From Pecten maximus (lineage: Eukaryota), in assembly GCF_902652985.1 (NCBI RefSeq), contig NC_047028.1:21328001-21392000 (forward strand): a stretch of DNA of 64,000 nucleotides. Direction: 5' to 3'. Shown piece after piece: positions 14,652-26,104 of the stretch (its first letter is position 1; the number at the start of each line of letters is the position of its first letter). Both the position numbers and the translations under genes were made by a program. The notes beneath the pieces are model-generated. The model made no database searches. It had not been told where the DNA came from and saw only the letters and a program-made list of their open reading frames with translations.

Positions 14652-14938
14652 TATGGCGCGGGAAGGATGTCATAATTAAATATTTTAGCCTAGGCAAAAT
14701 TATTTTTGCCCAGGCAAAAATAATATTGACTAGGCAAAAATATTTCTGCCTAAGCAAAAATAATTTTGCCTAGGCAAAATTTTTTTTTGCCTAGGCAGAA
14801 ATAATTTTGCCGAGACATAAATCGAATATTGCCTAGGCTAAAATATTTTTGCCGAAGCAATATTCGAATTTTGCCTAGGCAGAAATCGAATTTTGCCTAG
14901 GCAATATTATTTAATTATGACATCCTTCGCGCGCCATA
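14652..14938. mobile_element. IS3EU-like non-autonomous DNA transposon with internal palindromic tandem array
   Basis: ~31-bp TIRs TATGGCGCG(G/C)GAAGGATGTCATAATTAAATA; exact 6-bp TSD tggttt (14646-14651 / 14939-14944); interior is ~21-24-bp units centred on TTTGCCTAGGCAAA. Confidence 0.8.
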
Positions 14939-15828
14939 TGGTTTATTCTATTTTTTTTGACCAGTGTGAAGTCAGCATGAATGACAGTAAACATATATCA
15001 TGTATACTTTGATATATCTTATTTCTTATAAAAGAGATTTTGGTTAGAATATAAAGACCCCATAATAAGATATCTAATCAATTATATGCATGCATATAGC
15101 ATGTCCTTTTTCTTACGCCCTACTCGAAGGACCGATCTGGATGTGGTGTGCACACCTTATCAGTACCCGTCTAATTAATTAGCTTTTCAATGATCCAAAA
15201 ATGAGAAAAAGAAAACAAAGTTTAAAAGAGTATTTTTGGAGAAAAGAGGTTCGCAATAAGGTAGTCAACCTCGTAGCCAAGGGGCTACATTTCGTAATAC
15301 CTTATTGTAATAAGAAACCCATAAGATTTTCGGAAGAGTTTGGTGCGACGATATTGATGTAAGTTAGTATATTTCGATAATACATGTATGTGTTATTTAC
15401 TACGAATGCTAAGCGCCATCACATAAAATCGGCGATTATCTATGCAAGATTTGGACAATTTGCTTAAAATCCTTTGTTACAAAAATTAATCAGCCCCCGT
15501 GTCTGAATTCATTCAGCTTTTTACAGATGCAAAAATTGAAACAATTCTACGAGAAACTTTGGAGAAAAATGGTTCGCAATAAGGTAATATTGTTAACTCG
15601 ATTCAATATGAGCTCTTAGTCTTCTCGTTACGTACAGATATAAACTTAACTTCCAATCCCTGTATGAACGTCTCTGACCTGACCAACGGGACCTTTAAAA
15701 CACTACCTTTATCTACATGTGCTAGCAGAACCCATATATGGACGATTTCTTATCAGCTTTATGTAAAATAGAGTGTCATTCGAATTCGACGCAGTTGTTG
15801 ACGCTTTTCTGTACAGTATACACACATA

Positions 15829-18800
15829 ATGCATTGCCCTGGTCTAGTCCTCCTTCTCAACCTAGTGGTTCTTAGTTCGGCCGAGGAAAGTTGGTCCGGA
15901 ACGACAGGGACACATTCTCGATATTCCGGTGGGGAAAGTAAGGAATGGTAAGAGTAGGAAATGACCGCCGTGACAATACTATCAATAGTTGGACAAGTTG
16001 TGATCGATTATCTTGTGTGCCTTTTGTACAGTCCTTAATTGAAGTTGCAGATGGTAGACACTGCTACTGGGTTAAACTCCAAAGCTTTCCAGTTTTAATA
16101 GTGAGATACTATTCAGAATATACAAAACTATGCGACATTCTTCTGAGATTCCTAATTGAAAATTATAAAATTTATAGATTTCTTTTTAGTTTTTGTTTAC
16201 GTCCCAATCATTATTATGGAATTGCTAGCGGACTTAAATCATCAAGGCTTGCCAATTTGAATAGTGAGACAAGGTTCAGAATTTACGCATGTACTTGACA
16301 TTCTTTTGAGGTTCAATATAGAAAGTCATGAAAATTATTGATTTATCCGATAATTGCACGCTCCATCAAAATTTTAACGTTAGTTTCGATCTGTTTTGAG
16401 CTTCCACAGTCGTGGTCTAAGCACCAACACTTTCCGTACCCAATATCAGTGGCGACTCCTATATAAAGACGAAACAGCTCATCATATTTTGTGTTGAAAT
16501 TACACATATTGTGTGTGTCTTTTGTAAAATCCTTTGTTTTCCAGCAGTTGAGAGTTATCTTTAAACAGGGGGATGCTCCATTTTCTCTGAGAAATGTCTG
16601 CTGTCATCTTGTTGCTCATTTCGAACTTGTATTACAACATTGTACACCTTATGACAATCCAGGTTAGAAATGTTTCAAATAAACATAATTATACATCTAT
16701 CAAATGTATTGAAGAAATGATGGAAGTAATTTCTTGGCAAGGTCAATATGGCAATGACCCTGATTTAATTAAATATAATATCAAGAATAGTTGATTTGGT
16801 GTTATTTAATGTCTCATCAACACCAACAGCCATTCAAAGACTTTGTCGAACAACATACATAGCATTTTTTGTTCATTTTTAATGTTATTTAAAATCGAAA
16901 ATTTGTTTCAGCCGTTTTGGACTTTCCGAACTTTCCTTGAATTCCTAGATACATAACGTTTGTATGATGTAGTTTACTGTGTAGTTGTACACGTGGAGTA
17001 TAGATGCTTTCACCATGTGTGACTAAATGCAAAACCGTTAATGCTGATTACCTCTCGCGGTATAGCCGAGCGACCGTCACGCTCTACCATCATTTCATAA
17101 TGAGTTTTTCCACCATTAGCGATACTCACGACGGTGATATTCAACAGTATGAACCCCATGAACAATCGTATACACCACAGTATACCGAACTTGTGTCCGT
17201 AAATTCCCTCGATCTAACAGAATGGGAAAATGGTCAGATTCCATTGACGTTTTACGATATGAACGAAACAATGAGTGACAGTTTACGGGATGTAAGTCTC
17301 GCGTCACAAAGTGAAGAGTGTAATGAAACCACGTCACAAACGATTGAAACGTCATCTTACCTCACTGAAATAGAAAAAATGAAAGATACTCCTAAAGACG
17401 TCATGATAGACCATATACGGAATATCACACGCGATAGTGTTCCTGATCTTGAGGCTCTACGTTATAAACTGTTTACAATTGCAGTTATTAGAGACGATTT
17501 CCCTAAGAAAGATGGTTACCTAAGGAAACGTCGCGTAGCCCGTAGTACCGGGGCAGCACCCGCATGTAAAAAGCTTGCGAAAGATTGTTTTGTTCTGACC
17601 CGCGCGTGCGAGGGTGAATACACAGAAGACCTGTGTGAAGTGGTGCCGTCCAAAAGCAGAAAAGCGCTTAGCACTGTCAGCAACAAAGCACAGAATACGG
17701 AACAATCCGATGTTGGTGGTATTGTATCTTTAAAAGAAACTGTTATCATCCTACAAAGAGAAATTCACGAAATGAAGTGTGAGTACAATAAAGTCGTGAA
17801 CAACCTCGAACAGAAAATTGACAAGTTATATAAAGAAAAGGACACAGCACAGAAAAGAAGGGAAAAAACACAAACAGAAACGCGACAACAGCTAAAACAA
17901 GTAACAGACAATAAGCATGAAAACAAAGCCCTACTTGAAACTGTGACGAGCTCCAAAGAGAACAAACAGCAAACAAGGCGGAAATTGAGGCTCTGAAACT
18001 AGAAAATAAAAAAATCAGAAACGAACTTAATGAAATTAATGTAATTTACCAAGATTCATGTAAGAAAATTGAAGATGTCGAGAAGCAGGTAGTCACCGTG
18101 AAAAAGGACATGAAACAGATTGTTGAATCCGCTTCAGACTTCAAAAATATGGCGAGTCGGTACGACAATGACCAGTTAAACGGCGTCGCAAGTACTAAAA
18201 AGTCGCTCAAACTATTATCGGAACGCGTTGGTAACTACATCAAATGCTACGATTCCGACATGACCAAAACTCAAGATTCAATACAAACATGTGCATCTTC
18301 TGTAGAAGGGATAAAAAAACAACTAGACAAGTTGAGGAAAAAAGTTGATAAGAGCGAGTCTCAAGGTTCATGTTAATCAAAGTCTACTATTGATGATCGA
18401 GCAAAGCATACTGTAGAAACATACAACAGATTCAGTGTGCTAGACGCAGACACAGTTCCTCAGTCGAGAGGTATACAACGACATGACCCCGAAACACAAA
18501 CGAACGCACCCCTCAGCCACAGGTGCGTGGATATACCAGAGACTCACACGAATGCGCCTATCCATTCGAACTCCGCAACAACGTCAGGCGCGAGTCCACC
18601 CAGTAGTACAGGAGTAGAAAACAACGACAGTAAGGTTTGTGGAGAGAAAGCCAGAGAAAGGGAAAGTCGATCGTACTCCACGGTTGCATCAAGTGCTATC
18701 CCTGTACATTTTCCCACTTCGGCTTGTCGAAGTAACACATCCGCTCCCCGTTGTGAAAAATCTGATTTTGTAAAAGAACAGTCAAGCTTGGCAGACCGAT

Positions 18801-21800
18801 TTGTTGGATACAAGGCTGTGTCGAGACAAAAAATATGCCGGTTCTATATACATGGTATTAACAAGAGAATAGCGTCAGAATCAGCGATGAGGGATTTTCT
18901 TCATAAATCAGGTGTGCGCGTGACGCATATAAAGTATTTTCAGAACAGTTGGAAATCCACAGCCTCCGCCCAACTAAATATACAATCAGAGGACGTCGGA
19001 ATCATATCGGCTGGTGGCTTCTGGCCTAGTGGAATCGGTATGAGAGAATGGGTTCCGAGACAAGTCTTTTACAACCAAATCAATGATGGTTGACTCAATT
19101 AACATGATGTGTTGGAACATAGAGGGCGTTATGGCCGGCTCTCCATATTTACTGGAATGTTTAGAAAAATATCATATAGATATTTGTGGTCTTTCAGAAC
19201 ACTGGGTGAGAGAATATAATTTATCTTTCTTCGACATGTTTAAACAGTATGGTTATACAGCTATAGTTAAACCGGTTCATGAAATTGACCCTTTCCGGTA
19301 TAAATGTAACGTTAGAGGTGGTGTGGTAATTCTTTGTAAATCTAACAATTTTATTTTTTCGGAAATAGAGGTTGAAAGTTCAAGGATAGTTGGTGTGGAG
19401 ATTCAAACTCCCAATAAGGAATATTTGTACTGTTTCGCAGTTTATATGCCAGCCTCATCAAGACCAATTGATGTTTTTATTGAGCATGTTGAAATTCTAG
19501 AGTCACTAGTTACAGTTTACTCAAAAAAGGGTAGGTTTTTTATAATTGGTGATCTGAATGTTAAAATCAGAGGGCACAGAAGTAATTTTGAAAAAAATGA
19601 AAGGTCAAGTGTATTCCAATCTTTTTTAGATAGAACTAATTTGTATTCTGCTAACGTTCAGTTAAATTGTAAAGGACCAGTGTACACCTTTTATCCTCAA
19701 ACAGGACACTGTACTACCATTAATCATATCTTAATTCAGTCAAACGTTTTTGACTTGATAAATTACTGTGAAGTACTAGACGATGATCTTCATAATTTAT
19801 CGGAACATCACCCTGTCATATGTTCCATATCCATACCAGTTTCTGCCCCTCATTCTGCGGGATCTGCATATGTAAAATATAATTGGAAAAAGGCAAAAAC
19901 AATCAATGCCTTGAAATGTTATACAATATGTCTAGATGATAATTTAAGTTCAGTGATTATACCTGAAGGTATTATATCGAATAACGACATTGACGGATAT
20001 TATTCTAACATAGTATTGTCAGTCAAGAAAGCTGCTGACTTAACATTACCTAAAAGTGAATACAAAAGTTATCTTAAACCGTATTGGAACGACGAAGTAT
20101 CACAAATGCATAAGGTAATGACTAATAAAAGGAAACGTTGGATCTTAGAAGGTAGGCCAAGATCCGGAAGCGTCAGTTTTTTGGAGTATAAACAAAACAA
20201 AGCTATTTTTCGCAGAAATTTACGTACTGCCTTTCATACTTATATGTCAAATCAGTTTTCTGAAATTGATAAGTGTGGTGAGATAGACCAAACATTGTTT
20301 TGGCAATTGTATAAACGTAAAGTTAATAAACGACCCCAATCACAAACTGAATTAAGGTACAATGGTAAAACCTTACGTGAGCCTGCTGACATTGTAGAGG
20401 CATGGGCGTTACATTTTGGTACGATATTTCAAGATAAATCGGATGAATGTTTTGAAACAGGCTTTGAAAATGATATTAACACGCATATTGACAATATTGA
20501 GTCCAATGTTAAGTTTGAACAGGATAATTTCCTGAATGACGTCATTACGTCAGTAGAGATATCGACGTCATGCAAGAAACTCAGCACAAATAAAGCTGGA
20601 GGGCATGATGGTTTAGTTTATGAGCATTTTAAGTACGGAAGTAATAAACTATTCGAACATATGGCTGCGTTGTTCAATATGATAATAAAAAATGAATACA
20701 TCCCAAAACAGTGGAAAAAGGGATTAATTGTTACGTTGCACAAAGGTCAAGGGAAAGTAAAAGATGATCCCAATAATTATAGAGGCATCACCCTACTGCC
20801 AGTCATGTTTAAGTTATTTGAAATGTCTATATCAAATAGAATCAGCCCAGTCATATGTTCTGATACGTTTCCCAATAAGCAGCAGTCTGCATACCAAAGT
20901 AATCTGTGTAGCCTATGCACATCTTTTAACTTACAAGAATGTATTAATTATAATTTAGAAAATGGATCAAATGTATATGTTGCATTTTTAGACAGCAACA
21001 AGGCGTTCGACACAGTGTGGCACGCAGGTCTTCTTTTTAAAATACATGAAATTGGACTGAGAGGCAAGATATGGGTTATTCTTAAAGAAATGTATACACA
21101 TGTAGAAAGTTCAATCTTATTTAATGGCTTAACATCACCTTTGATCAAAATGGAGAGAGGGATTTTGCAAGGGGGATCTTTGTCTGCCAAACTGTACCTT
21201 ATTTTCATAAACGAATTATTGAATGAAATGGAAAATTGTGGAAACGGCGCAGTTATTGCAGATTTAAAAGTTAACATCCCAACTCAGGCAGATGACATTT
21301 GTCTTGTTAGTACAAATTTTCAAAGCCTACAAAAAATGGTTAATATATGTGAAACCTATAGTAAGAAGTGGAGATTCACTTTCTCATCTACGAAAAGTAA
21401 AATTGTATTGTTTTCTGAAAAACGCATATCCCATAATATACAAAATGTCTACCTATACAAATTTGTACTGCCTGTAGTTGAAGAAATTAAACATGTCGGA
21501 ATATTGTTAAACGGCAGAAGAAATTCAGTTGAAAGAACTACTAGAGCATGTTGTAAATTAAAAACTGGTGTTATGTCTCTTCTAAAATCTGGGGCTCATC
21601 CCAACGCACTTAACCCTCTCACTGTTGCTAAAATAGTCAAAATTAAAGTGTATCCTTCTGCACTTTTCGGATGTGAACTATGGTTACTCTCCAAAACTGA
21701 AGTATTATTATTAGAAAAGGCACAAAATTTTATTGTGAAAAGTATTCAAAGGTTTGAAAAGAGAACTAGGACAGACATGTGTGTATCATTGCTTGGCTGG

Positions 21801-24800
21801 ACTAGTATTGAATCTTATATTAATATCAAGAAATTATTATTTCTGGGACGAATTTATAATATCGATAATAGTATGCTAGTACACAAGATATTTATTACTA
21901 GATTTTTTATGTTCATTGTAAACAACGAAAAACAACAGGGATTTATACCCGACATTATTTCTATTTTAAGAAAATATTCATTGTATGAGACTTTTGTTGA
22001 CTATATAAAGCTAGGGTATTTTCCGGGGAAACTACAATGGAAAAAAAGTGTCTATGAAAATGTATATAGAGTAGAGGAAACTGCATGGTTAGAACGTATG
22101 CATAACCACAATGACTTTTTCAGATTTAAATTTATTCATTCTAAGATTAAACCACATTATTTATGGAAATTGGCTATTAAATATCCTCAGTATTATAAAT
22201 CTATACACTGTATCATAAAATTATGTACAACATCTCGTATGTTGGACCATATGGCTTTATGCCACTACTGTGGTATTTTATACAACGATACTTTAATGCA
22301 TATAATTCTACATTGTGAAAAGAATACTGCTATTCGTGATAAATTATGGTGTTTTTTATTTAATATGTTGGGTATTGATTTTATTGCGTACCTTCACAAT
22401 TTATCAGATTTTGAACTAGTTAATGCTTTATTAGGAAGCAAGTTAGACTATGACATGTCTAACGAAGACAACGAATATGTAAGATTAGCAAATGTAAATT
22501 TTCTGAATGAAATGCTTAAAAATATAACCCAATTTGCTAACAATTGATGTTTCAATATAATTACTTGTGTGTGAAATAACTTTGTATATGTATATTCAGA
22601 CTATTCTTGTTTATATGTTGATTGTATGATGTAATTATTCTATTTGTGAATCTTCATTTGTGGAGGAAATAAAGAGAATAATAATCAAGGCTTGCCAATT
22701 TGAATAGTGAGACAAGGTTCAGAATTTACGCATGTACTTGACATTCTTTTGAGGTTCAATATAGAAAGTCATGAAAATTATTGATTTATCCGATAATTGC
22801 ACGCTCCATCAAAATTTTAACGTTAGTTTCGATCTGTTTTGAGCTTCCACAGTCGTGGTCTAAGCACCAACACTTTCCGTACCCAATATCAGTGGCGACT
22901 CCTATATAAAGACGAAACAGCTCATCATATTTTGTGTTGAAATTACACATATTGTGTGTGTCTTTTGTAAAATCCTTTGTTTTCCAGCAGTTGAGAGTTA
23001 TCTTTAAACAGGGGGATGCTCCATTTTCTCTGAGAAATGTCTGCTGTCATCTTGTTGCTCATTTCGAACTTGTATTACAACATTGTACACCTTATGACAA
23101 TCCAGGTTAGAAATGTTTCAAATAAACATAATTATACATCTATCAAATGTATTGAAGAAATGATGGAAGTAATTTCTTGGCAAGGTCAATATGGCAATGA
23201 CCCTGATTTAATTAAATATAATATCAAGAATAGTTGATTTGGTGTTATTTAATGTCTCATCGACACCAACAGCCATTCAAAGACTTTGTCGAACAACATA
23301 CATAGCATTTTTTGTTCATTTTTAATGTTATTTAAAATCGAAAATTTGTTTCAGCCGTTTTGGACTTTCCGAACTTTCCTTGAATTCCTAGATACATAAC
23401 GTTTGTATGATGTAGTTTACTGTGTAGTTGTACACGTGGAGTATAGATGCTTTCACCATGTGTGACTAAATGCAAAACCGTTAATGCTGATTACCTCTCT
23501 TCGTCCATTTTATACCAATAAATACCCGTACACCATCAAATCTTCCAAAAGTTATCACACAAATTTCTTTTAAATATATTCTCATCAGCTGACGAATCAT
23601 AGAAAAATGAGATAGCTTTATGATGCAATTTAATTCATTTGAAGGCGCCTCTCTAACTCAGTATGTATCATAATATGTTAATATATCGTGTCTTTTGTAC
23701 AATACTGAACAGAGCAGTTCTGTTGAGACAAAATGTAATGTTAAACGTTCGTTTGTAGGATGCCGTCAGACGAGGAACCATTGAGACTCCTGGTGGAATC
23801 TTTGCTTGAGCGGATGGAAAGACAAGAGAAGAAACTACAGCGGATGGAGAAGACTATTCAAGAGAACACAGAAGATCTGAAGCGGAAAGACATCCGGGTA
23901 AATAATCTGGAACGAGAGCTTGACGAAATGAAAACGCTATACCGAGCGCAAGTTACAGAGGACAAACATCGGCAGTACGATGTTCCAAAGCAGGACAACA
24001 AATCCGATTTGCCGCAAGAGAAACACAATAGTACCGATGACATTACAACCAGTCAGAAACCACAGGACAAAGTCATGAGGCCTGGTAGGTAACGTGACTG
24101 CATGCTTGAATGATCGACTATGTCAAAAGATGGTAATTTTTACCCGCTGTTCGTCCGTCCTTATGTACATATGTATGTAATTTCAATTTTGCATTTGTAG
24201 AGCTATTCCTCATTTATGATATTTCAGTATTGTAGCGACTTTGTATTGTAAACTACTAAATGTGTTGACGAATGGCTACTGAAAAGATTTAGCGATAATT
24301 AAGATTTCCATTTATAAAGTAAGTTTACGATGATTTTTTATCACGATTTCAGTGATTAACAACACACGATTTCGAGAGATGTAGTCTGATGACAACCACG
24401 AGAAAAGATTTGATCGACATCATAATCTCATTTGAAAATATTCCTTGCGAGTCAGACGTGCTCATTGTTTGTTCCATCGTAGATCTTTTGTATGGCGCTT
24501 ACCCTTCCGGGACACTCTGTCTTATTCTCCTTTTTCATTTTCAATAGGCTTTATGTAAATCTAGATTTTTTTTCTCATGTCTTGCCCTCGTTTTATGGTG
24601 TTGGAGTTATGGTTTAATCATTATGTCGTACTCTCTGTCGTTTTTGCCACTTGAGACCAATGTAAATGATCATACAAATGTGTTTCATGTAATATGTTGA
24701 GAATAATGAGTGACAATGGCCCATTCGTGTTTTTTTTCCATTTCAGTAAGGGTACCGTCCGAGGAAGCAGTTGGTGCCTTCAGCGTTTCCTTGAGTAGGA

Positions 24801-25159
24801 GTATGGATTTACACGCGAATTTCGTGTTGACTTATGACGAAGTCAACTTAGACAAGGGAGGTAACTATAATAAAGTAGACGGGGTGTACACAGCCCCTAT
24901 CAGTGGGGTGTACGTATTCACTTGGACTTCTACGGGAACCACCACGGATGACGTGTTTACAGAACTGGTTGTTGACGGATCATCGCGAGGCACAATATTG
25001 GCCGACGGGGACCAGTATCATTGGGATAGTGCCACCGGGTTGATCGTGACGCCAGTCGCTGCCGGGGACCATGTTTTTATCAGATCTAAACGCGGGGGTC
25101 ACCTGTATAGCGAAGATTATTACGGCAAGGTTACTTTCTCTGGATGGCGACTATCTTAG
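15829..25159 (+). CDS. Secreted C1q-domain-containing protein A (signal peptide + coiled coil + gC1q), 285 aa
   Basis: Exons 15829-15947 (MHCPGLVLLLNLVVLSSA signal, phase 2), 23759-24084 (heptad-rich LRLLVESLLERMERQEKKL..., phase 1), 24747-25159 (gC1q: GAFS...LTYDEV..D.GGNY...GVYTAPISGVYVFTW...GDHVFI...TFSGWRL). Total 858 nt, in frame. Confidence 0.9.
16241..17056 (+). repeat. 816-bp direct repeat, copy 1 (left of LINE)
   Basis: atcaaggcttgcc...gattacctctc; matches 22684-23499, with one mismatch seen by eye (A16819 / G23262). Confidence 0.97.
17100..19093 (+). pseudogene. LINE ORF1 (coiled coil + NRFxxL motif + RRM-like domain with FWP motif), disrupted
   Basis: The three track ORFs join into one: frameshift near 17960 (next frame ANKAEIEALKLENKKIRNEL... 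runs into the 18098 ORF) and an in-frame TAA at 18374-18376 followed by YNRFSVL and C-terminal RFYIHGI...FWPSGIGMREW. Confidence 0.8.
19083..22547 (+). CDS. LINE ORF2: apurinic-like endonuclease + reverse transcriptase + C-terminal CCHC knuckle, 1154 aa
   Basis: EN motifs WNIEG, LSEHW, GGV, VYMP, GDLN; RT motifs KAGGHDG, NYRGITLL, FLD..KAFDTV, QGGSLS, QADD, HVGI; CHYC-x8-H-x4-C. Confidence 0.96.
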   Translation: MMVDSINMMCWNIEGVMAGSPYLLECLEKYHIDICGLSEHWVREYNLSFFDMFKQYGYTAIVKPVHEIDPFRYKCNVRGGVVILCKSNNFIFSEIEVESSRIVGVEIQTPNKEYLYCFAVYMPASSRPIDVFIEHVEILESLVTVYSKKGRFFIIGDLNVKIRGHRSNFEKNERSSVFQSFLDRTNLYSANVQLNCKGPVYTFYPQTGHCTTINHILIQSNVFDLINYCEVLDDDLHNLSEHHPVICSISIPVSAPHSAGSAYVKYNWKKAKTINALKCYTICLDDNLSSVIIPEGIISNNDIDGYYSNIVLSVKKAADLTLPKSEYKSYLKPYWNDEVSQMHKVMTNKRKRWILEGRPRSGSVSFLEYKQNKAIFRRNLRTAFHTYMSNQFSEIDKCGEIDQTLFWQLYKRKVNKRPQSQTELRYNGKTLREPADIVEAWALHFGTIFQDKSDECFETGFENDINTHIDNIESNVKFEQDNFLNDVITSVEISTSCKKLSTNKAGGHDGLVYEHFKYGSNKLFEHMAALFNMIIKNEYIPKQWKKGLIVTLHKGQGKVKDDPNNYRGITLLPVMFKLFEMSISNRISPVICSDTFPNKQQSAYQSNLCSLCTSFNLQECINYNLENGSNVYVAFLDSNKAFDTVWHAGLLFKIHEIGLRGKIWVILKEMYTHVESSILFNGLTSPLIKMERGILQGGSLSAKLYLIFINELLNEMENCGNGAVIADLKVNIPTQADDICLVSTNFQSLQKMVNICETYSKKWRFTFSSTKSKIVLFSEKRISHNIQNVYLYKFVLPVVEEIKHVGILLNGRRNSVERTTRACCKLKTGVMSLLKSGAHPNALNPLTVAKIVKIKVYPSALFGCELWLLSKTEVLLLEKAQNFIVKSIQRFEKRTRTDMCVSLLGWTSIESYINIKKLLFLGRIYNIDNSMLVHKIFITRFFMFIVNNEKQQGFIPDIISILRKYSLYETFVDYIKLGYFPGKLQWKKSVYENVYRVEETAWLERMHNHNDFFRFKFIHSKIKPHYLWKLAIKYPQYYKSIHCIIKLCTTSRMLDHMALCHYCGILYNDTLMHIILHCEKNTAIRDKLWCFLFNMLGIDFIAYLHNLSDFELVNALLGSKLDYDMSNEDNEYVRLANVNFLNEMLKNITQFANN
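22684..23499 (+). repeat. 816-bp direct repeat, copy 2 (right of LINE)
   Basis: Starts immediately after the LINE tail; offset from copy 1 is 6443 bp at both ends. Confidence 0.97.
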
Positions 25160-25395
25160 ATATGTTATTTTTTTCAGTGAGGGAAAGGTCTTCTAGTATG
25201 ACAGTAACATAAAACATATATTCAAGACAAACGTTAATCTTAACATTTTATTTACATATTGCACTATAAGCTAACCCTGAGGAAAGTCACTTTTAATGAC
25301 GGACTCTTTTCTCTCAGAAATTATTACACCGCTGTAATAGACAATCAAAAGCGACGTTCCAAACAGTGACGTCATTGTATGAGCTGATAACCTAA

Positions 25396-25496
25396 TAGAC
25401 TGGATTACCTGCTGCGCCGAACTTGGTTTACAACATTCGTATTCATGAGCGAACCCAATCGGAGAGAAATGGCACTAAGGCAGGTAACCAGTCTAA
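25396..25496. mobile_element. Short TIR element with TAG...CTA termini (Academ-like)
   Basis: tagactggattacctgc ... gcaggtaaccagtcta inverted repeats. Confidence 0.5.
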
Positions 25497-25967
25497 TATA
25501 ATTTCTAGCCAAGGAAATTTCTTGTTACCATCAAGGTCAAATTATGTAATAATGTTATAGGTATCTTTCAGCAAAAAGAACATTTTCACTCAGATAAATA
25601 TTGGGGCGGGAAGGCATTGTTTATCATATGCAATTCTGTAAGGATATATTGTATAGACATATATGAAATGTATGAAGGATTACTGATGTTCTTTTGTTCA
25701 GCTTCCCAATAAAAGTTTGATATCTTGGATATCAAAGTTGTATGTTTTGATTTCGGTTAGGAGTTAAATTATTGTATTTTATATCTACAGTATTGTCAGT
25801 GAAAATGTTAGACTTACCATATACATTGAACGTGCATTTATTTTATAAAAAGAATTATTGCTGTCATTTACTGTGATATATTCTAACAAGAAAAAAATAG
25901 TCATAATTGTCTATTTGAAAATTATCTTCACTGAACAATAATGTATATATAATATAATTATATATCT

Positions 25968-26104
25968 AACAATATAGAACTACAGTGAAAACCGATAGCA
26001 GACAATATAGAACTACAGTGAAAACCGATAGCAGACAATATAGAACTACAGTGAAAACCGATAGCAGACAATATAGAACTACAGTGAAAACCGATAGCAG
26101 ACAA
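25968..26104. repeat. 33-bp tandem repeat x4
   Basis: acaatatagaactacagtgaaaaccgatagcag exact copies. Confidence 0.95.

Larger units (their letters stand above)
17057..22683 (+). mobile_element. Near full-length non-LTR retrotransposon (ORF1 + APE-RT-CCHC ORF2), clade tentatively Proto2/RTE-X-like
   Basis: Two overlapping ORFs, short 3' UTR with AATAAA (22668-22673) and an (AAT)n tail ending exactly at the second 816-bp repeat; lies in intron 1 of C1q gene A, sense orientation. Confidence 0.92.

Noticed and set aside
16594-16794. 66-aa ORF MSAVILLLIS... (also 23037-23237) as the signal-peptide exon of C1q-A, implying a duplicated promoter and exon 1
   Set aside because: It has no phase-2 donor compatible with exon 23759. 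A proper signal exon with a phase-2 GTAAGA donor exists at 15829-15947, so the duplicated DNA is intronic.
17116-21477. Antisense and alternate-frame ORFs over the LINE, and most other short track ORFs in introns
   Set aside because: Shadow ORFs of coding sequence or chance ORFs in AT-rich DNA, mostly with non-ATG starts and no motifs.
16241-23499. Conventional LTR retrotransposon
   Set aside because: No protease, RNase H or integrase, no PBS or TG...CA ends, no outer TSD; the enzyme is APE-RT with a simple-repeat tail.
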